Below, in pieces: positions 42,165-54,966 of a stretch of DNA of 64,000 nt (within the stretch, counting starts at the first letter, position 1; each line of letters starts with the position of its first letter). Under the pieces are notes generated by a model that made no database searches, was not told the origin of the DNA, and saw only the letters and a program-made list of their open reading frames with translations. A program made the position numbers and the translations under genes. The stretch covers positions 248,001-312,000 of the forward strand of contig CM074823.1 in assembly GCA_037447605.1 (NCBI GenBank), written 5' to 3'. The DNA is from Zygnema circumcarinatum SAG 698-1b. Lineage: Eukaryota; Plantae; Zygnematophyceae.

Positions 42165-42358
42165 ACCGACATCTAAATCTCCAAACTTCCAAACTGCACC
42201 GACATTCGACCCTTCCACCGACATATTCTAACTTAGTCGATCCATCCCACCGACATTTTTCCATCTCACCGACATTTCAACACTAGCCACCGACATGTTT
42301 TGCATCCAACAAAAATTTTTTCTCATTGTCCACCGACACTTGTCCGTACCCACCGACA
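42165..42358 (+). promoter_or_regulatory. Array of eight ACCGACA motifs upstream of the subtilase
   Basis: Copies at 42165, 42198, 42217, 42249, 42268, 42289, 42332, 42352. The motif contains the DRE/CRT core RCCGAC and the AuxRE TGTCGG (reverse). Function is inferred. Confidence 0.55.
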
Positions 42359-43080
42359 AATCTTCTCCTTGTCCTTAGAGACCCCTCCCCCCTCCCCAAA
42401 TCCGATTATCTATTTCCGCCGTCCGTACAGAACGACCGACAGATGGTCAACACGTGGACCCCTCGGGCCAATCGCAACCGTTCGTACGAGATCTCGTCTG
42501 ATCTGACGGTCCGGATGGATTCGTACGAACGTTGGCCCTTGCCGCCAGCTGGGGCCGCCCAGGGCCGTGACCGGCGGTCCGCACAGAATGTCGGTGGCTG
42601 AAATCGAGGGTGAGGAGTGTACGGACGGGGGAGGGTTCAGGGGGAGGGGGACAGCTGGCGCTGTCAGGGCTGGGTACGAGGGAGAGGGGAGGGAGGGGAG
42701 GTGACGGAGAGGGTGAGGGAGGGNNNNNNNNNNGGGGGTATAAGGGGACTAGGGGAGGAAGGAAGGAGGTATCGCGCTCTCTCTCTCTCTCTCTTTGCGA
42801 TCTGTTGCTATCTCGGAACGGTGAGGGAAGGGAGAGAGAGAGAGAGAGAAGAGAGAGGGAAGTAGAGAGTGAGAAAGTGTGGAATAGAGAGAGAGAGGAG
42901 AAGAGAGAGAAAGAGAGAGAACGAGGGAGAGTAGTAGAGAGTGAGAGAGTTTGGAAGAGAGAAAGAGAGGAGGGAGAGAGAGAGGAAGTGATCGAAAGCG
43001 CGAGAATAAAGCGAGTTGCCCAATCCTGGAACGCCACGTGGCAGTATCTGGGTGTCGGAGCTGCCCAGTGAGAAGCCGCC

Positions 43081-44238
43081 ATGTGGCAGGCGCGGCGAGG
43101 CCAGCTGTCCCGTTCCATGTTGGGCCTGTTCGCAGTTCCGTTCTGTTCGCTGTTGCTGCTGGCGGTGGGCTCCGCGACGGCCAAAGCAAATGAAACAGGT
43201 ATTGCATTTTTTTTTTTGGGTAACTTTTTTTTAGGTTTTTTAGTTAAATTTAGAATAGTCGAATCCTACTCTTTTCGAAACATTTAAAGGTAAAGGATAA
43301 GGATGGGATAGGAGGGAGGGGAGGGATGTAGTTGTGAGCTACCCCTTTTACTTAATCCTTGAAGGGTTTCTGTCTCTTTCCTACCCCCCTCCACTCTCTC
43401 CTCCCCCTCTCTCCTCTCCCCCTCTCTCTCTCTTGCTCTCCCCTCCCCTCCTTTCCCTCCCCCCTTCTCTCTCTCTCCCCCCTCCCCTCCTCTCCCTCCC
43501 CCCTCTCTCTCTCTCCCCCCTTCACTCACTCTCCCCCCTCCCCCCCTCTCTCCCTCCGTCTCACTCTCTCTCCCCTCCCCCCTCCCTCCCCCTCTCTCTC
43601 TCTCAATCTCCCTCCCCAGCCCTCTTTCTCGTTCTTTAAAAAGTAACTTCTTGAAATGTGTCAAAAGATGAACTTTTATTTATTCTGGTCTTATAAAAAC
43701 TCGTCGCCAGGGCCAAAAAATAAGGGATTGGGCAAATCGTAATTAAAAAAAAAAAAATTTGCGGAGAAGTCAAAGCCCTTAAAGGTGGTTCCCTTTTCAA
43801 CTACGCTAGACTCCATTGCCGGTGGATCCTGAGTCCACTTTTTTTTTAACCCCTCGGAAGTCCAGGTTTCAACTTCCCACTAGATGTGAGGTCCACGTGT
43901 CAGTTGCCTTATTGACCAGTCGTTGACCAATGCAAGTCCACGTGTCAGTCGTTGACCATTTGTTGACCATATCGTGAGCACTTGGGAGTCCACGTGTCAC
44001 CCTCTGATGGGTCCTCCGGGTGCAGTGTACCTGGTCATGATGAAGGACCTGCCGCCCACTGTCGCCTACCGCGGCAGTTTGAAGGGCTACCGCGCCACGG
44101 AGGCCGCGTCCAATGGCAGACTGACACGTCGCTCGAGCGCTGTACGGAAGTACGCGGACCACCTCGGAAACTGCCAAGCGGCCGTCATGAAAAGGAACCA
44201 AGTCTTACTCAAGAAGCGCCTCTATAGGTGCTCTCTCG

Positions 44239-44290
<52 letters not shown>

Positions 44291-46182
44291 CTCTCCCTCT
44301 CTCTTTCTCTCTATCCCCGCCTGTCCTTCTCTCCCTCTGTTTCTCTCTCCCTCTCCCTCTCTCTCTCCTTCCCTCTGTTTCCTCCACCCGTTTTTTCTCT
44401 CTCTCTCCCCACCTTCGTTCTCTTCTCCTCCCCCTCCTCTCCCCTTTTGTTTCCTTCTCCTCTCTGTCCCTCTCTCTCTCTCTCTCCCTTTCTGTTTCCT
44501 TCTCCTCCTCCCCCCTCTCTCTTTCTTCTCCCCCTTCCGTTTCCTACTCTCTCCCCCTCTAATACTCTCTCTCTCTTTTTGTCTTCCCCACTAGTAATCT
44601 CTCCCTCTCTCTCTCTCTCTCTCTCCCCCCCGCCCCTCCTCTCCCTCTCCTCCCCCTCCCCCTTTTTCCTCCCCACCCATTTCCTCCCGCTCTCTCCCCC
44701 ATTTCCCCGCCACTCACTCCCTCCAATCCAATCACTTCACGCCACTGACCTCTTTCCTTGTCTATGTGTCCCGCTGTTCAGTTACCGTTACAGTTTGAAC
44801 GGATTCGCGGTCTCGCTGACGTCAGCGCAGGCGGAGAAGCTGAAGGCCGACCCCGACATCGCGATCGTGGAGCCGCAGCGGACCATTTCGCCGTCGTCTC
44901 TAAGCACCGTGAAGTTTTTGGAGCTGCCCGGCGGGCTCTGGCGGGACGTGGGCGGGCGCGGGAAGGCGGGGAAGGACGTCATCGTGGGAGTGGTCGACAG
45001 CGGGATCTGGCCCGAGCACCCGAGCTTCTCTGACCAGGTTTGACTTGACTTGACTTGACTTGATTTGACCTGACTTGACTTGACTTGGCTTGACTTGATT
45101 TGATTTGACTTGACTTGAGTTGTCTTGACTTGACTTGAGTTGACTTGACTTGACTTGATTTGATTTGACTTGACTTGAGTTGGCTTGACTGGACTTGACT
45201 TGACTTGACTTGATTTGACTCTACTCAGCTTGGCTGGGCTTGGCTTGATTGACTTTACTTGACAAACTTGAGTCGATTCGACTTTACTCGATTTGGCTTG
45301 TTGTGGCACGATTTGGCTTGGCTCGACTTGGCTTGACTTGGTTGAACCTGGCTTGACTTGGCTGGACCTGGCTTGACTTGGCTTGACTTGGGTTGACTTG
45401 GCTTGACTCGCCTCCATCGGACTCCATTGGAGTCAACTCGACTTGCCTTGGCTTCGTTTGGCTTCTCTTTATTGAATTTTTTTTACTTGATCTGAACTCA
45501 CTTGACTGGCGACGGCTCGACTCGACTTGATCGTTTCCATGGTTTGATTTGACTTGACTTGACTTGACTTGACTTAACAAACCATGCTTAGCCATGTCTT
45601 TTTTTGGGGCTAAACGGTGCGGATTNNNNNNNNNNTATAAAAACTCGTCGCCAGGGCCAAAAAATAAGGGATTGGGCAAATCGTAATTAAAAAAAAAAAA
45701 ATTTGCGGAGAAGTCAAAGCCCTTAAAGGTGGTTCCCTTTTCAACTACGCTAGACTCCATTGCCGGTGGATCCTGAGTCCACTTTTTTTTTAACCCCTCG
45801 GAAGTCCAGGTTTCAACTTCCCACTAGATGTGAGGTCCACGTGTCAGTTGCCTTATTGACCAGTCGTTGACCAATGCAAGTCCACGTGTCAGTCGTTGAC
45901 CATTTGTTGACCATATCGTGAGCACTTGGGAGTCCACGTGTCACCCTCTGATGGGTCCTCCGGGTGCAGTGTACCTGGTCATGATGAAGGACCTGCCGCC
46001 CACTGTCGCCTACCGCGGCAGTTTGAAGGGCTACCGCGCCACGGAGGCCGCGTCCAATGGCAGACTGACACGTCGCTCGAGCGCTGTACGGAAGTACGCG
46101 GACCACCTCGGAAACTGCCAAGCGGCCGTCATGAAAAGGAACCAAGTCTTACTCAAGAAGCGCCTCTATAGGTGCTCTCTCG

Positions 46183-46234
<52 letters not shown>

Positions 46235-49200
46235 CTCTCCCTCTCTCTCTCTTTCTCTCTATCCCCGCCTGTCCTTCTCTCCCTCTGTTTCTCTCTCCCT
46301 CTCCCTCTCTCTCTCCTTCCCTCTGTTTCCTCCACCCGTTTTTTCTCTCTCTCTCCCCACCTTCGTTCTCTTCTCCTCCCCCTCCTCTCCCCTTTTGTTT
46401 CCTTCTCCTCTCTGTCCCTCTCTCTCTCTCTCTCCCTTTCTGTTTCCTTCTCCTCCTCCCCCCTCTCTCTTTCTTCTCCCCCTTCCGTTTCCTACTCTCT
46501 CCCCCTCTAATACTCTCTCTCTCTTTTTGTCTTCCCCACTAGTAATCTCTCCCTCTCTCTCTCTCTCTCTCTCCCCCCCGCCCCTCCTCTCCCTCTCCTC
46601 CCCCTCCCCCTTTTTCCTCCCCACCCATTTCCTCCCGCTCTCTCCCCCATTTCCCCGCCACTCACTCCCTCCAATCCAATCACTTCACGCCACTGACCTC
46701 TTTCCTTGTCTATGTGTCCCGCTGTTCAGTTACCGTTACAGTTTGAACGGATTCGCGGTCTCGCTGACGTCAGCGCAGGCGGAGAAGCTGAAGGCCGACC
46801 CCGACATCGCGATCGTGGAGCCGCAGCGGACCATTTCGCCGTCGTCTCTAAGCACCGTGAAGTTTTTGGAGCTGCCCGGCGGGCTCTGGCGGGACGTGGG
46901 CGGGCGCGGGAAGGCGGGGAAGGACGTCATCGTGGGAGTGGTCGACAGCGGGATCTGGCCCGAGCACCCGAGCTTCTCTGACCAGGTTTGACTTGACTTG
47001 ACTTGACTTGATTTGACCTGACTTGACTTGACTTGGCTTGACTTGATTTGATTTGACTTGACTTGAGTTGTCTTGACTTGACTTGAGTTGACTTGACTTG
47101 ACTTGATTTGATTTGACTTGACTTGAGTTGGCTTGACTGGACTTGACTTGACTTGACTTGATTTGACTCTACTCAGCTTGGCTGGGCTTGGCTTGATTGA
47201 CTTTACTTGACAAACTTGAGTCGATTCGACTTTACTCGATTTGGCTTGTTGTGGCACGATTTGGCTTGGCTCGACTTGGCTTGACTTGGTTGAACCTGGC
47301 TTGACTTGGCTGGACCTGGCTTGACTTGGCTTGACTTGGGTTGACTTGGCTTGACTCGCCTCCATCGGACTCCATTGGAGTCAACTCGACTTGCCTTGGC
47401 TTCGTTTGGCTTCTCTTTATTGAATTTTTTTTACTTGATCTGAACTCACTTGACTGGCGACGGCTCGACTCGACTTGATCGTTTCCATGGTTTGATTTGA
47501 CTTGACTTGACTTGACTTGACTTAACAAACCATGCTTAGCCATGTCTTTTTTTGGGGCTAAACGGTGCGGATTTTGGGGTCGTTCCATGTGCGGATGTTG
47601 CAGGATGGCAGTTACGGCAACATTTCGACTGTGAGGCCGACATGGAGCGGGGGCTGCGCCGCGACGGCGGACTTCCCCGAGTGCAACGGCAAACTCGTCG
47701 GCGCAAAGTTTTTTGCGGACGGCCTCGAGGCGTCCGGCGACATCGTGGACACTTCGCTGGATTTTTTGTCTGCCCGGGACAGCACCGGTACGCCTCTCCT
47801 TCAAAAACCCTAAACCCCTAAACCCTTGACGAAATTGAGGAGGAATAGGGGGTGTCAGACTTAACAAAATCTTACGAAAAGCGTTACGAAAAAAAAGGTT
47901 ACGAAAGTACTCCGCCGCAGGAGGATCGCGATTATACTGGAGTACTCGTTCTGATGTCAAACTTACAAACACGCGTACTGAAATTTTTTAAGTCTGACAC
48001 CCCCTAATGTGGAGGAACGCTGTCGTTTTCCAAAAATTGACCTTTAAACAAGAGTTTTTGTTGCCACATGGCACCCTCTTATTTGCGTCACAGCCATTGT
48101 TGCCACGTGGCGCCCTCCCATTGGCAGGTCATGGCAGCCATTCTGCCAGCGTGGCAGCCGGGAATTACGGAGTTCCCATCTCCTTCGCCAATAGGACCAG
48201 CCTCGCCTTCGGGCCGATCGGAAAACTTTCGGGGGTTGCCCCGCGGGCGCGAATTTCGGTGTACAAAGTTTTTTGGACGAGCGCGCTGACCGGGGAAAAT
48301 AAGGCGTACTCGAGTGACGTCATCGCGGCCATCGACATGGCAGTAGGTACGTTGAACCTGGACGGGTTATTGGGTGCTTTGGGAATTGGGGTTTTGGGGT
48401 TTTGGGGTTTGGGGGTTTTACGGTTTTGGGGTTTAAGCTTGGTTGGGAGAGGATGTTGCGGGACTGTCGTCTGTTGAGGGTTTAGGGTTTAAGGCTCGGA
48501 AGTGAAAGTTTATGGTTTGTTTAGAGTTTTGGGTATTAAGGGTTTCGAAAACTCGAACCCTAAATCCTCAAATCGCGAAAGTGCTTTGGCGTTTCGCAAA
48601 TTTCACGCTTCAAAAACGGACTCTTACTGGCACGTGGCGCGATTTGAGTAGCTCCAGTAGCCCCTGGTTTGGCACGTGTCGAGCCTCTAGCTGTCAGAAT
48701 CTTTTTCTCCATAATTCTCGACCACATGTTCAGACAAGTCCAGAATGACGACGTGGCACAATTTTAACTTTTCGAACGGATTTCGTACGAATTCTTGCAA
48801 CGCCGACATTTGCCGGCAGAATCCGACAAAATTCGTTGACGAGCCAGGGCGGCATGGAGTATGTTGTCGTTTGGCCCTTCGGCTAAAGATGGGCCGCAAC
48901 CGTGCTGTCTTTTTAGGCTGACCGTCGTCATCCCTAAACGACAAAAAAGCTGACAAAACCATTGCGTCGGTTATTCTTGTCGTCTTGTATTAGTTTTGTC
49001 GTGTCTATAAGGAAATTTTGTCGTATTAGAGTTTGATTCGTCCAAGGTTTTTCCCCTTGTGCCGGTCCGTTCCTTGGAACGCTGTCACGTCACGCTCAGT
49101 CTTGAGCCCGGTCAAGGTTTCTTGTCTTTTTCCGCCAATCAGATTGAGGGATCAATCACAGGCAGCCACGTGGACAATTTTTTACACGTGTAACCTCTGA

Positions 49201-52200
49201 TTGGCTTACGCTTCGCAGGTTTTTATTTCAGGGCGATCGAAACCTGTAATGAACTGCAGGACCGAATGTGACTCGGAACCAGATCGTGATTCTTAGAATT
49301 AAATTCAGATTTGGACAATTCCATAGACGACAAACTGAATCACTAACCGTACGATACGATACGATATGATACACGATACGTCACGATGCTATATGTACCG
49401 CAAAATGAGATACAGTATGATACAAGATACGATACGATACTGTACGATATGTTACGATACGTTTCGCTTTGATTGAACAGAATGGTACGGCGCGTACTTT
49501 CCCTCCCCCACGGTGGTGGAAATTTTTTATGAACGGTAATATTTTTTTTAGGGTCTGCCCGGCTTTACGTGGCCCATTGTACCGCTTAACTGAATTGACA
49601 GATGGTTGTTGTACGGACAGGGATGGGATCGATCACTTTTTTGTTCTGACCGTTCTTGAAAATAACTTCCAAACTCGTCCTCCAGAAAACTTAAAATCAA
49701 GACCAACGAATAACCCTAATTTAGTTATGTTTTCTTTTTTTGGGAACGGTATTTTTTTCTTATCGGTTTTTTTGGACCAATGGGAGCAGCGGACGGCGTG
49801 GACATCATCAACTACTCGGCGGCCCCCAATTACCTTTCGTCCTTTTTCGACCCCGTCATGCTCGCCGCCCTTTTTGCAAGTATGTGCTCCATGTCGCAGT
49901 TTCAGTTTCCGTTTCAGTTCCTGTGTATCACGAAGAGATCCTCTCTCTGTTCAGTTTCGCCATTTAGGTTCCGTTCCAGTTCTATCCTCCTAGTTCCGTT
50001 TCTGCGCCAATTTACGGAAACGGAACGTCATAGAACGTGAACTTCATGACCTTTTCGACCCTTTCCTTTTTATTGGAAAAAAAAAAAATTGCGGCAGTTT
50101 TCCAATGTCTGATTGGCCCAAAAAATTCGTTTTACCTGTCTACCCGCAATGCAGCCGAAAGTGGAATTTTTTTCTCGGCGGCCGCCGGCAACCAAGGGCC
50201 CGGGCCGAGCACACTTGTCAACTTCCAGCCGTGGGTCACTACTGTTGCGGCGACGTGAGAGACCTCTCTCTCCCTCTCTCTCTCTCTCTCCGCCCCACTC
50301 GCTCTCTCTCCCTCTCACGCTCTCTGCCCGTCTCGCGCTCTCTCCCTCTCACGCGCTCTGCCCCTCTCGCTCTCTCTCCCTCACACCCTCTCTGCCCCCC
50401 TCTCTGCCCCTCTCGCTCTCTCTCCCTCTCACCCTCTCACCCTCTCTGCCCCTCTCGCTCTCTCTCCCTCTCACCCTCTCTGCCCCTCTCGCCCTCTTTC
50501 CCACTCACCATCTCGACCCCTCTCGCTCTCTCTCTCTCTCACCAACTCTGCCCCTCTTGCTCCGTCCACTCCCCCCCCTCTCTTGCTCTCTCCTTCTCAC
50601 CCCCTCTCCCTCTCTCTCTCTCTCCCTCGCAGGAGCGACGACCGGTTTTGGCGCAACGGCGTGCTGTACGGACGGAACCAGTGGCTGCCGGGGACCGTCA
50701 TCTCGCCGGGGACCAATTTGTCGTATCCGGTAATCCTGGGGCAGAACGCGTCCCTCCCCGACGCCGAGGCGGGGACGGTACGGACAACCCAAATCCCAAA
50801 AACCAGAAACCAGCAAAATCCGCTCTAACGGAAGGTCCTGAACCCTCGACCCCCAACGCTTACCTCCGTTCCATGCGCGTTTCCATGCAGGCGGAGTTCT
50901 GTTTTCCGGATTCCCTGGACCCGGCGCTGGTGGCCGGCCGCCTCGTTCTATGTACAAATCCGTTCGACGGAGCGGCCCCGTTCTTTGCGATGCTCGTCGA
51001 GGAGGTGAAGGCGAAGGGGGGGGTCGGCGTGATCGTACGGAACAGGGACCCCGCGGAGGTGGAGCAGGCCTACGTGGCGACGCCCTCCGAGTTCCCATTG
51101 GTCCAAATTTCGTTCCAGGACGGCCAAAAGTTGGAAAGCTATTGCGTGGCGAAGGGGGTGGGAAAGTGAGTTTTTCGGCGGAGAACTCTATACCCCCTTT
51201 TTTGGGATCGAACTATTTGGGGTGTTGGGAGTTTTTTTTTGGAGTTGTTGGGTTGGATTTGGTCTATTGGGGGATGCAATCTGTGGTGCTGTACGGACTT
51301 GTCGTTTTGTGGATATGGGCCAGTTGGGTTTCGTTTAGGTCTTGTCAAAGATTCTTACTGCAAATCTCTGATTTTGTCGTTTGCTCCAAGGTTTTACTTG
51401 CTCTTGGTTTTGTCGTTTCTATAAGATCTGCGGTTCCTAATCGTTTCGGGTCTGCAATCATCAGGATTTTGTTCTTTTGTGAAGATTTTGGTCTCCAAGA
51501 TCTGCTATTACTTGGATTCACCTTGTCTTGCAATCTACTACCCCTTTGGTTTGTCGTTTTGGAGGATTCTGATTCGTTCAAGATCTGCTTGCGATTCCCC
51601 CTAAGCGAATCTCTGATCCTTTTTTGTCGTTTCTTCGTATCTCAGTGCCACCGCCCAAATCCTTGGCGCTTTCCCAGAAGCCGGCAACCGCGCGCCGGCT
51701 GTGATGGACTACTCCTCGAGAGGTCCGCTCAACAGCGTCAGCAATCCCACTCTTGTCGCCAGCGCAAACGACATCCTCAAACCAGATATAGCCGCCCCCG
51801 GGAACACCCTCTGGGGAGCGTACAGTCCCGCTACAGGAGAAAGTTTCCAGATCGAATCTGGGACGTCCGTATCCGCCGCCGTGATCTCCGGATTCGCCGC
51901 CCTCCTCAAAGAGCTCCATCCTGATTGGTCGCCGTACGCCATGAAATCTGCCCTCCTCACTACGTGCCAAACCACCGACAATTTCGGCCTCCCGATTGGG
52001 TACGGATCTTCGTACACTCTGAGCCCTGGCTGGGCCCTCAAGGGCGCACAGGGACCGTTCGATTTCGGGTCGGGTTTTGTGGATGGCGATAAGGGCGACG
52101 AGCCGGGGCTGGTCTACGATTCGTCCTTTTGGGACTACGTGGCGTTTCTCTATACAATCAGCCCGACACGAGCCGCGCGGGGATTGGTCGGAATCCCGAA

Positions 52201-53178
52201 TCCGGGGGTCAACATGACCGGGCGGGACCTCAATTTGCCGAATTTTGGGATTTCGAATCTCGTGGGATCCACGACCGTACAGAGATCCGTCACCAGGTGA
52301 CTAAATCTTGACTAAATGGTGACTAACTCCGCTCTGCGGTTTTTCAGATTTTTAGGGGAAATCTGAATCTGAATTTTAGCCCGAAACCGGGGTTTTAGTT
52401 TTTTTTTCCAAAATTTCCATTCATGTTGCCTGATGGTGTCCCTTTCGCATATTTTCTTTAGGATAGGTTTTGTAAACTCAGGTTTTGGGTTTTTCTTGGT
52501 TTTTGGTTTGCAGCGTGACGTCAGGCGACGCCCGGCTGTGGCGAGTTCTCGTGACCGAGCCGGCGGGCGTCACCGTGACAGTCTCGCCGCCCTCCTTCAA
52601 GCTCGCCGCGGGGGATGTCGCCACGTACAACATCACTTTCACGGTCAGCGCTACATCACATCACATCACATCACATCATCACATCATCACATACACGCTC
52701 GACACAACATTCTGTCAAGCGACGCGCGTCACGTCACGTCACGTCACGTCCCATATAACATCATCGCACCATTACTCATTACCACTCATGTCACATCCTG
52801 TCACGTTACGTCACGTCACGTCCCATATCACATCATCTCACTTCATTACTTTCATTACCACTCATGGCACATCCTGTCACGTCACGTCACGTAGTGAGTG
52901 ACATGGAGTAAACGATTGCACAAAAGAAAACCCTAAAATCCCTAAACCCTAAGAACCTGAAAGCAAATTTCTGAACCTACCTAGTTGTTCATTTTCTTCA
53001 GCAAAAATGTGCTGTTCCTCACTGGGGGAGTCGCCGGCGTTTGTTTTTTTTTTTTTTTTTTTGTTCGCAGGTTTACAATGTCACAAATTCTCCAAATTTC
53101 GTGTTCGGGTCGCTGGTTTGGAGAAGCGGAAGGTACCGCGTACGGTCGCAGATCGCTGTGCAGCCAATCGGACTGTAA
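43081..53178 (+). CDS. SBT: Secreted subtilisin-like serine protease (signal peptide, I9 prodomain, S8, PA and Fn3-like domains)
   Basis: Hydrophobic leader; YRYSLNGFAVSLT (I9); Asp VVDSGIWPEHPSF; His GHGSHSASVAAG; AAGNQGP; SSRGP; KPDIAAPG; Ser SGTSVS; FGSLVW. Exons 43081-43198, 44026-44227, 44782-45037 (repeated at 45970-46171 and 46730-46985), 47604-47787, 48128-48346, 49790-49879, 50155-50254, 50633-50777, 50891-51165, 51646-52296, 52514-52643, 53071-53178. Confidence 0.93.
43692..47573. other. Direct duplication across an N10 gap (43692-45625 and 45636-47573), probable unmerged contig overlap
   Basis: Identical except for 4 extra nt in a CT tract; the junction is exactly the gap. Confidence 0.85.
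45038..45575. repeat. (TTGAC/TTGGC)n pentanucleotide array filling subtilase intron 3 (repeated at 46986-47523)
   Basis: Starts at the donor GTTTGACTTGACTTG. Confidence 0.92.
49348..49462. repeat. (ACGAT)n-type pentamer tract in subtilase intron 5
   Basis: CGTACGATACGATACGATATGATACACGATACG... Confidence 0.8.
52650..52895. repeat. (TCACA/TCACG)n pentanucleotide array in the last subtilase intron
   Basis: Read directly. Confidence 0.88.
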
Positions 53179-54408
53179 CTGCTCGCAGTTCTGTTCCGTT
53201 TTCTGTTGCGCGTAACGGAGCGTTCCATGTGTTCGCACCGACTGTTGTATGGCCGCGGTTGGGAGAGAATAAAACAACGCAAGCGGAAAGTGGTCGGACG
53301 GTTTGGTCAGGTCGGTCAACGCTGGTCAAAGCTGGTCAAGGTTGGTCAAGGTTGGTCAAGATTGGTCAAGGTTGGTTAACGGCTGGTCAACATTGTGGTC
53401 AGGCGTGAACGATCTTGTTAAACTTTGGAACATATTCAATATTCTTTTGTTTATTGGTTTGGAAAAAGGGATAGGGAAGGTAGAGAGAAGGGAATAAAGG
53501 TGGGGGGGGGGAGGGAGGGAGGGAGAGGGGTGGGGGAGAGAGGGAGAGAGAGGGGAAGGGAGAGAGAGGGAGAGAAAGGGAGAGAAAGAAAGAGAGAAAG
53601 GGGGGGAGGGAGGGGGGAGAGTGGGAGAGGGAGAGAGAGAGGGGAAGGGAGAGCGGGAGAGGGAGAGAGCAAGAGAGGGATGGGGGGAGGGAGGGGGGGA
53701 GAGGGAGAGAGAGGGAGAGAGAGGGGAAGGGAGAGAGGGAGAAAGGGAGAGGGAGAGAGAAAGAGAGGGGGAGAGAGGGCGTGAGACACTAGCACGCCAA
53801 GTTAGGTTTTAGGGTTTAGGGTTTCGCTCGATGTATGATACCACATGCGCTTCAGTTCCGTTCCCGTTCCGTTTCAGTCTCTTCATGTACATGCTTTGTC
53901 GCATGGAGACAGTCTCAGTTTAACGGAGAACAGTACAGTTTTGACCATAGGAACCTTCCCAGAGAAGGGGGCTGTAATCTTTCCTTCAAAAAATAAATTT
54001 CGCTGCAATTGTTCCCAATTCAAATATTTTCCTTCTGATGCCTTTCCTCTTTGTGCTCCACACACTTAGGGTTAAGCTCGCGTGCTTAACCCTAAAGTGA
54101 CATCCTAAAACCCTTCAAACCCTAAAACCCTAAAACCCTTAAATCCCTAAAAACCCTAAAAGAGGGAAATCTGGTTAGTCATGTCCTGCTTGCTGAGTTT
54201 TTTAGCCATGTGGGATTCGCTGACTAAATTTCTTAATCATAACCAACTTGAAAAACCATACACGGTCAAGGTCGCATGTGTCCTGTTCGAACTGTAACAG
54301 AACGGAGTTCCGAGTTCCATGTGACGTACTCTTTGACAAACAAAGTTTAACCTCTGTTCTTTGATCTTATGTATTCAGTGTGGTTTTCTGTTTTGTGGTT
54401 TGTAGAGG

Positions 54409-54447
<39 letters not shown>

Positions 54448-54829
54448 AGAGAGAGGGAGAGAGAGAGAGGGAGAGAGAGAGGGAGAGAGAGATCAGATTT
54501 GAACCTGCCGGCAGCCCCTTCTATAATTCTTGTGTCCACAGTTACAACAAGTAGAGTTCCGAACCGAGAAACCAATGTATTCTCAAAAAGAAAAGAAAAA
54601 AATCAGTTGAAAATAAATGTAAAGGGGAAAAAAACACATTTATTTCTTAAGGGAGTTCCGCACTAAAAAATTGAAAAAAAAAAAAAACTGCGTACTCTAT
54701 TTTCGGCTCTCTCTACACGTGATTGCTTCACTCTTCATCATCTGCGTTACTCTGTCACGTCACAGTTTGACCCACTTTGACTGCTCCGACACATGCGACA
54801 AAACTCCGGAAAAAGCCAAAATGAATTCA

Positions 54830-54966
54830 GTCAACTTCAACTGAATCTATAACAGTAACTGCAACTGTAACTGTAATCGTAACTAGAACTCAAACTGACT
54901 GAGACTTGGCACTCAGAGTGAGACTGAAACTGAAACTGAAACTGAAACTGAAACTGAAACTGAAAC
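54830..54966. repeat. (AACTG)-rich tract ending in perfect (GAAACT)n
   Basis: Intergenic between the subtilase and WDR5 3' ends. Confidence 0.8.

Noticed and set aside
42165-42358. CRISPR-like repeat-spacer pattern (also 58520-58633 and 60494-60770)
   Set aside because: Repeats are only 7-22 bp with irregular spacers, the genome is eukaryotic and there are no cas genes.
43692-47573. Duplicated I9 prodomain and Asp exons in the subtilase
   Set aside because: The copy boundary coincides exactly with the gap and the copies differ only by 4 nt of CT, typical of an unmerged contig overlap.
44788-47972. SSQVK-repeat ORFs on the minus strand
   Set aside because: They are translations of the (TTGAC)n intron array antisense to the subtilase.
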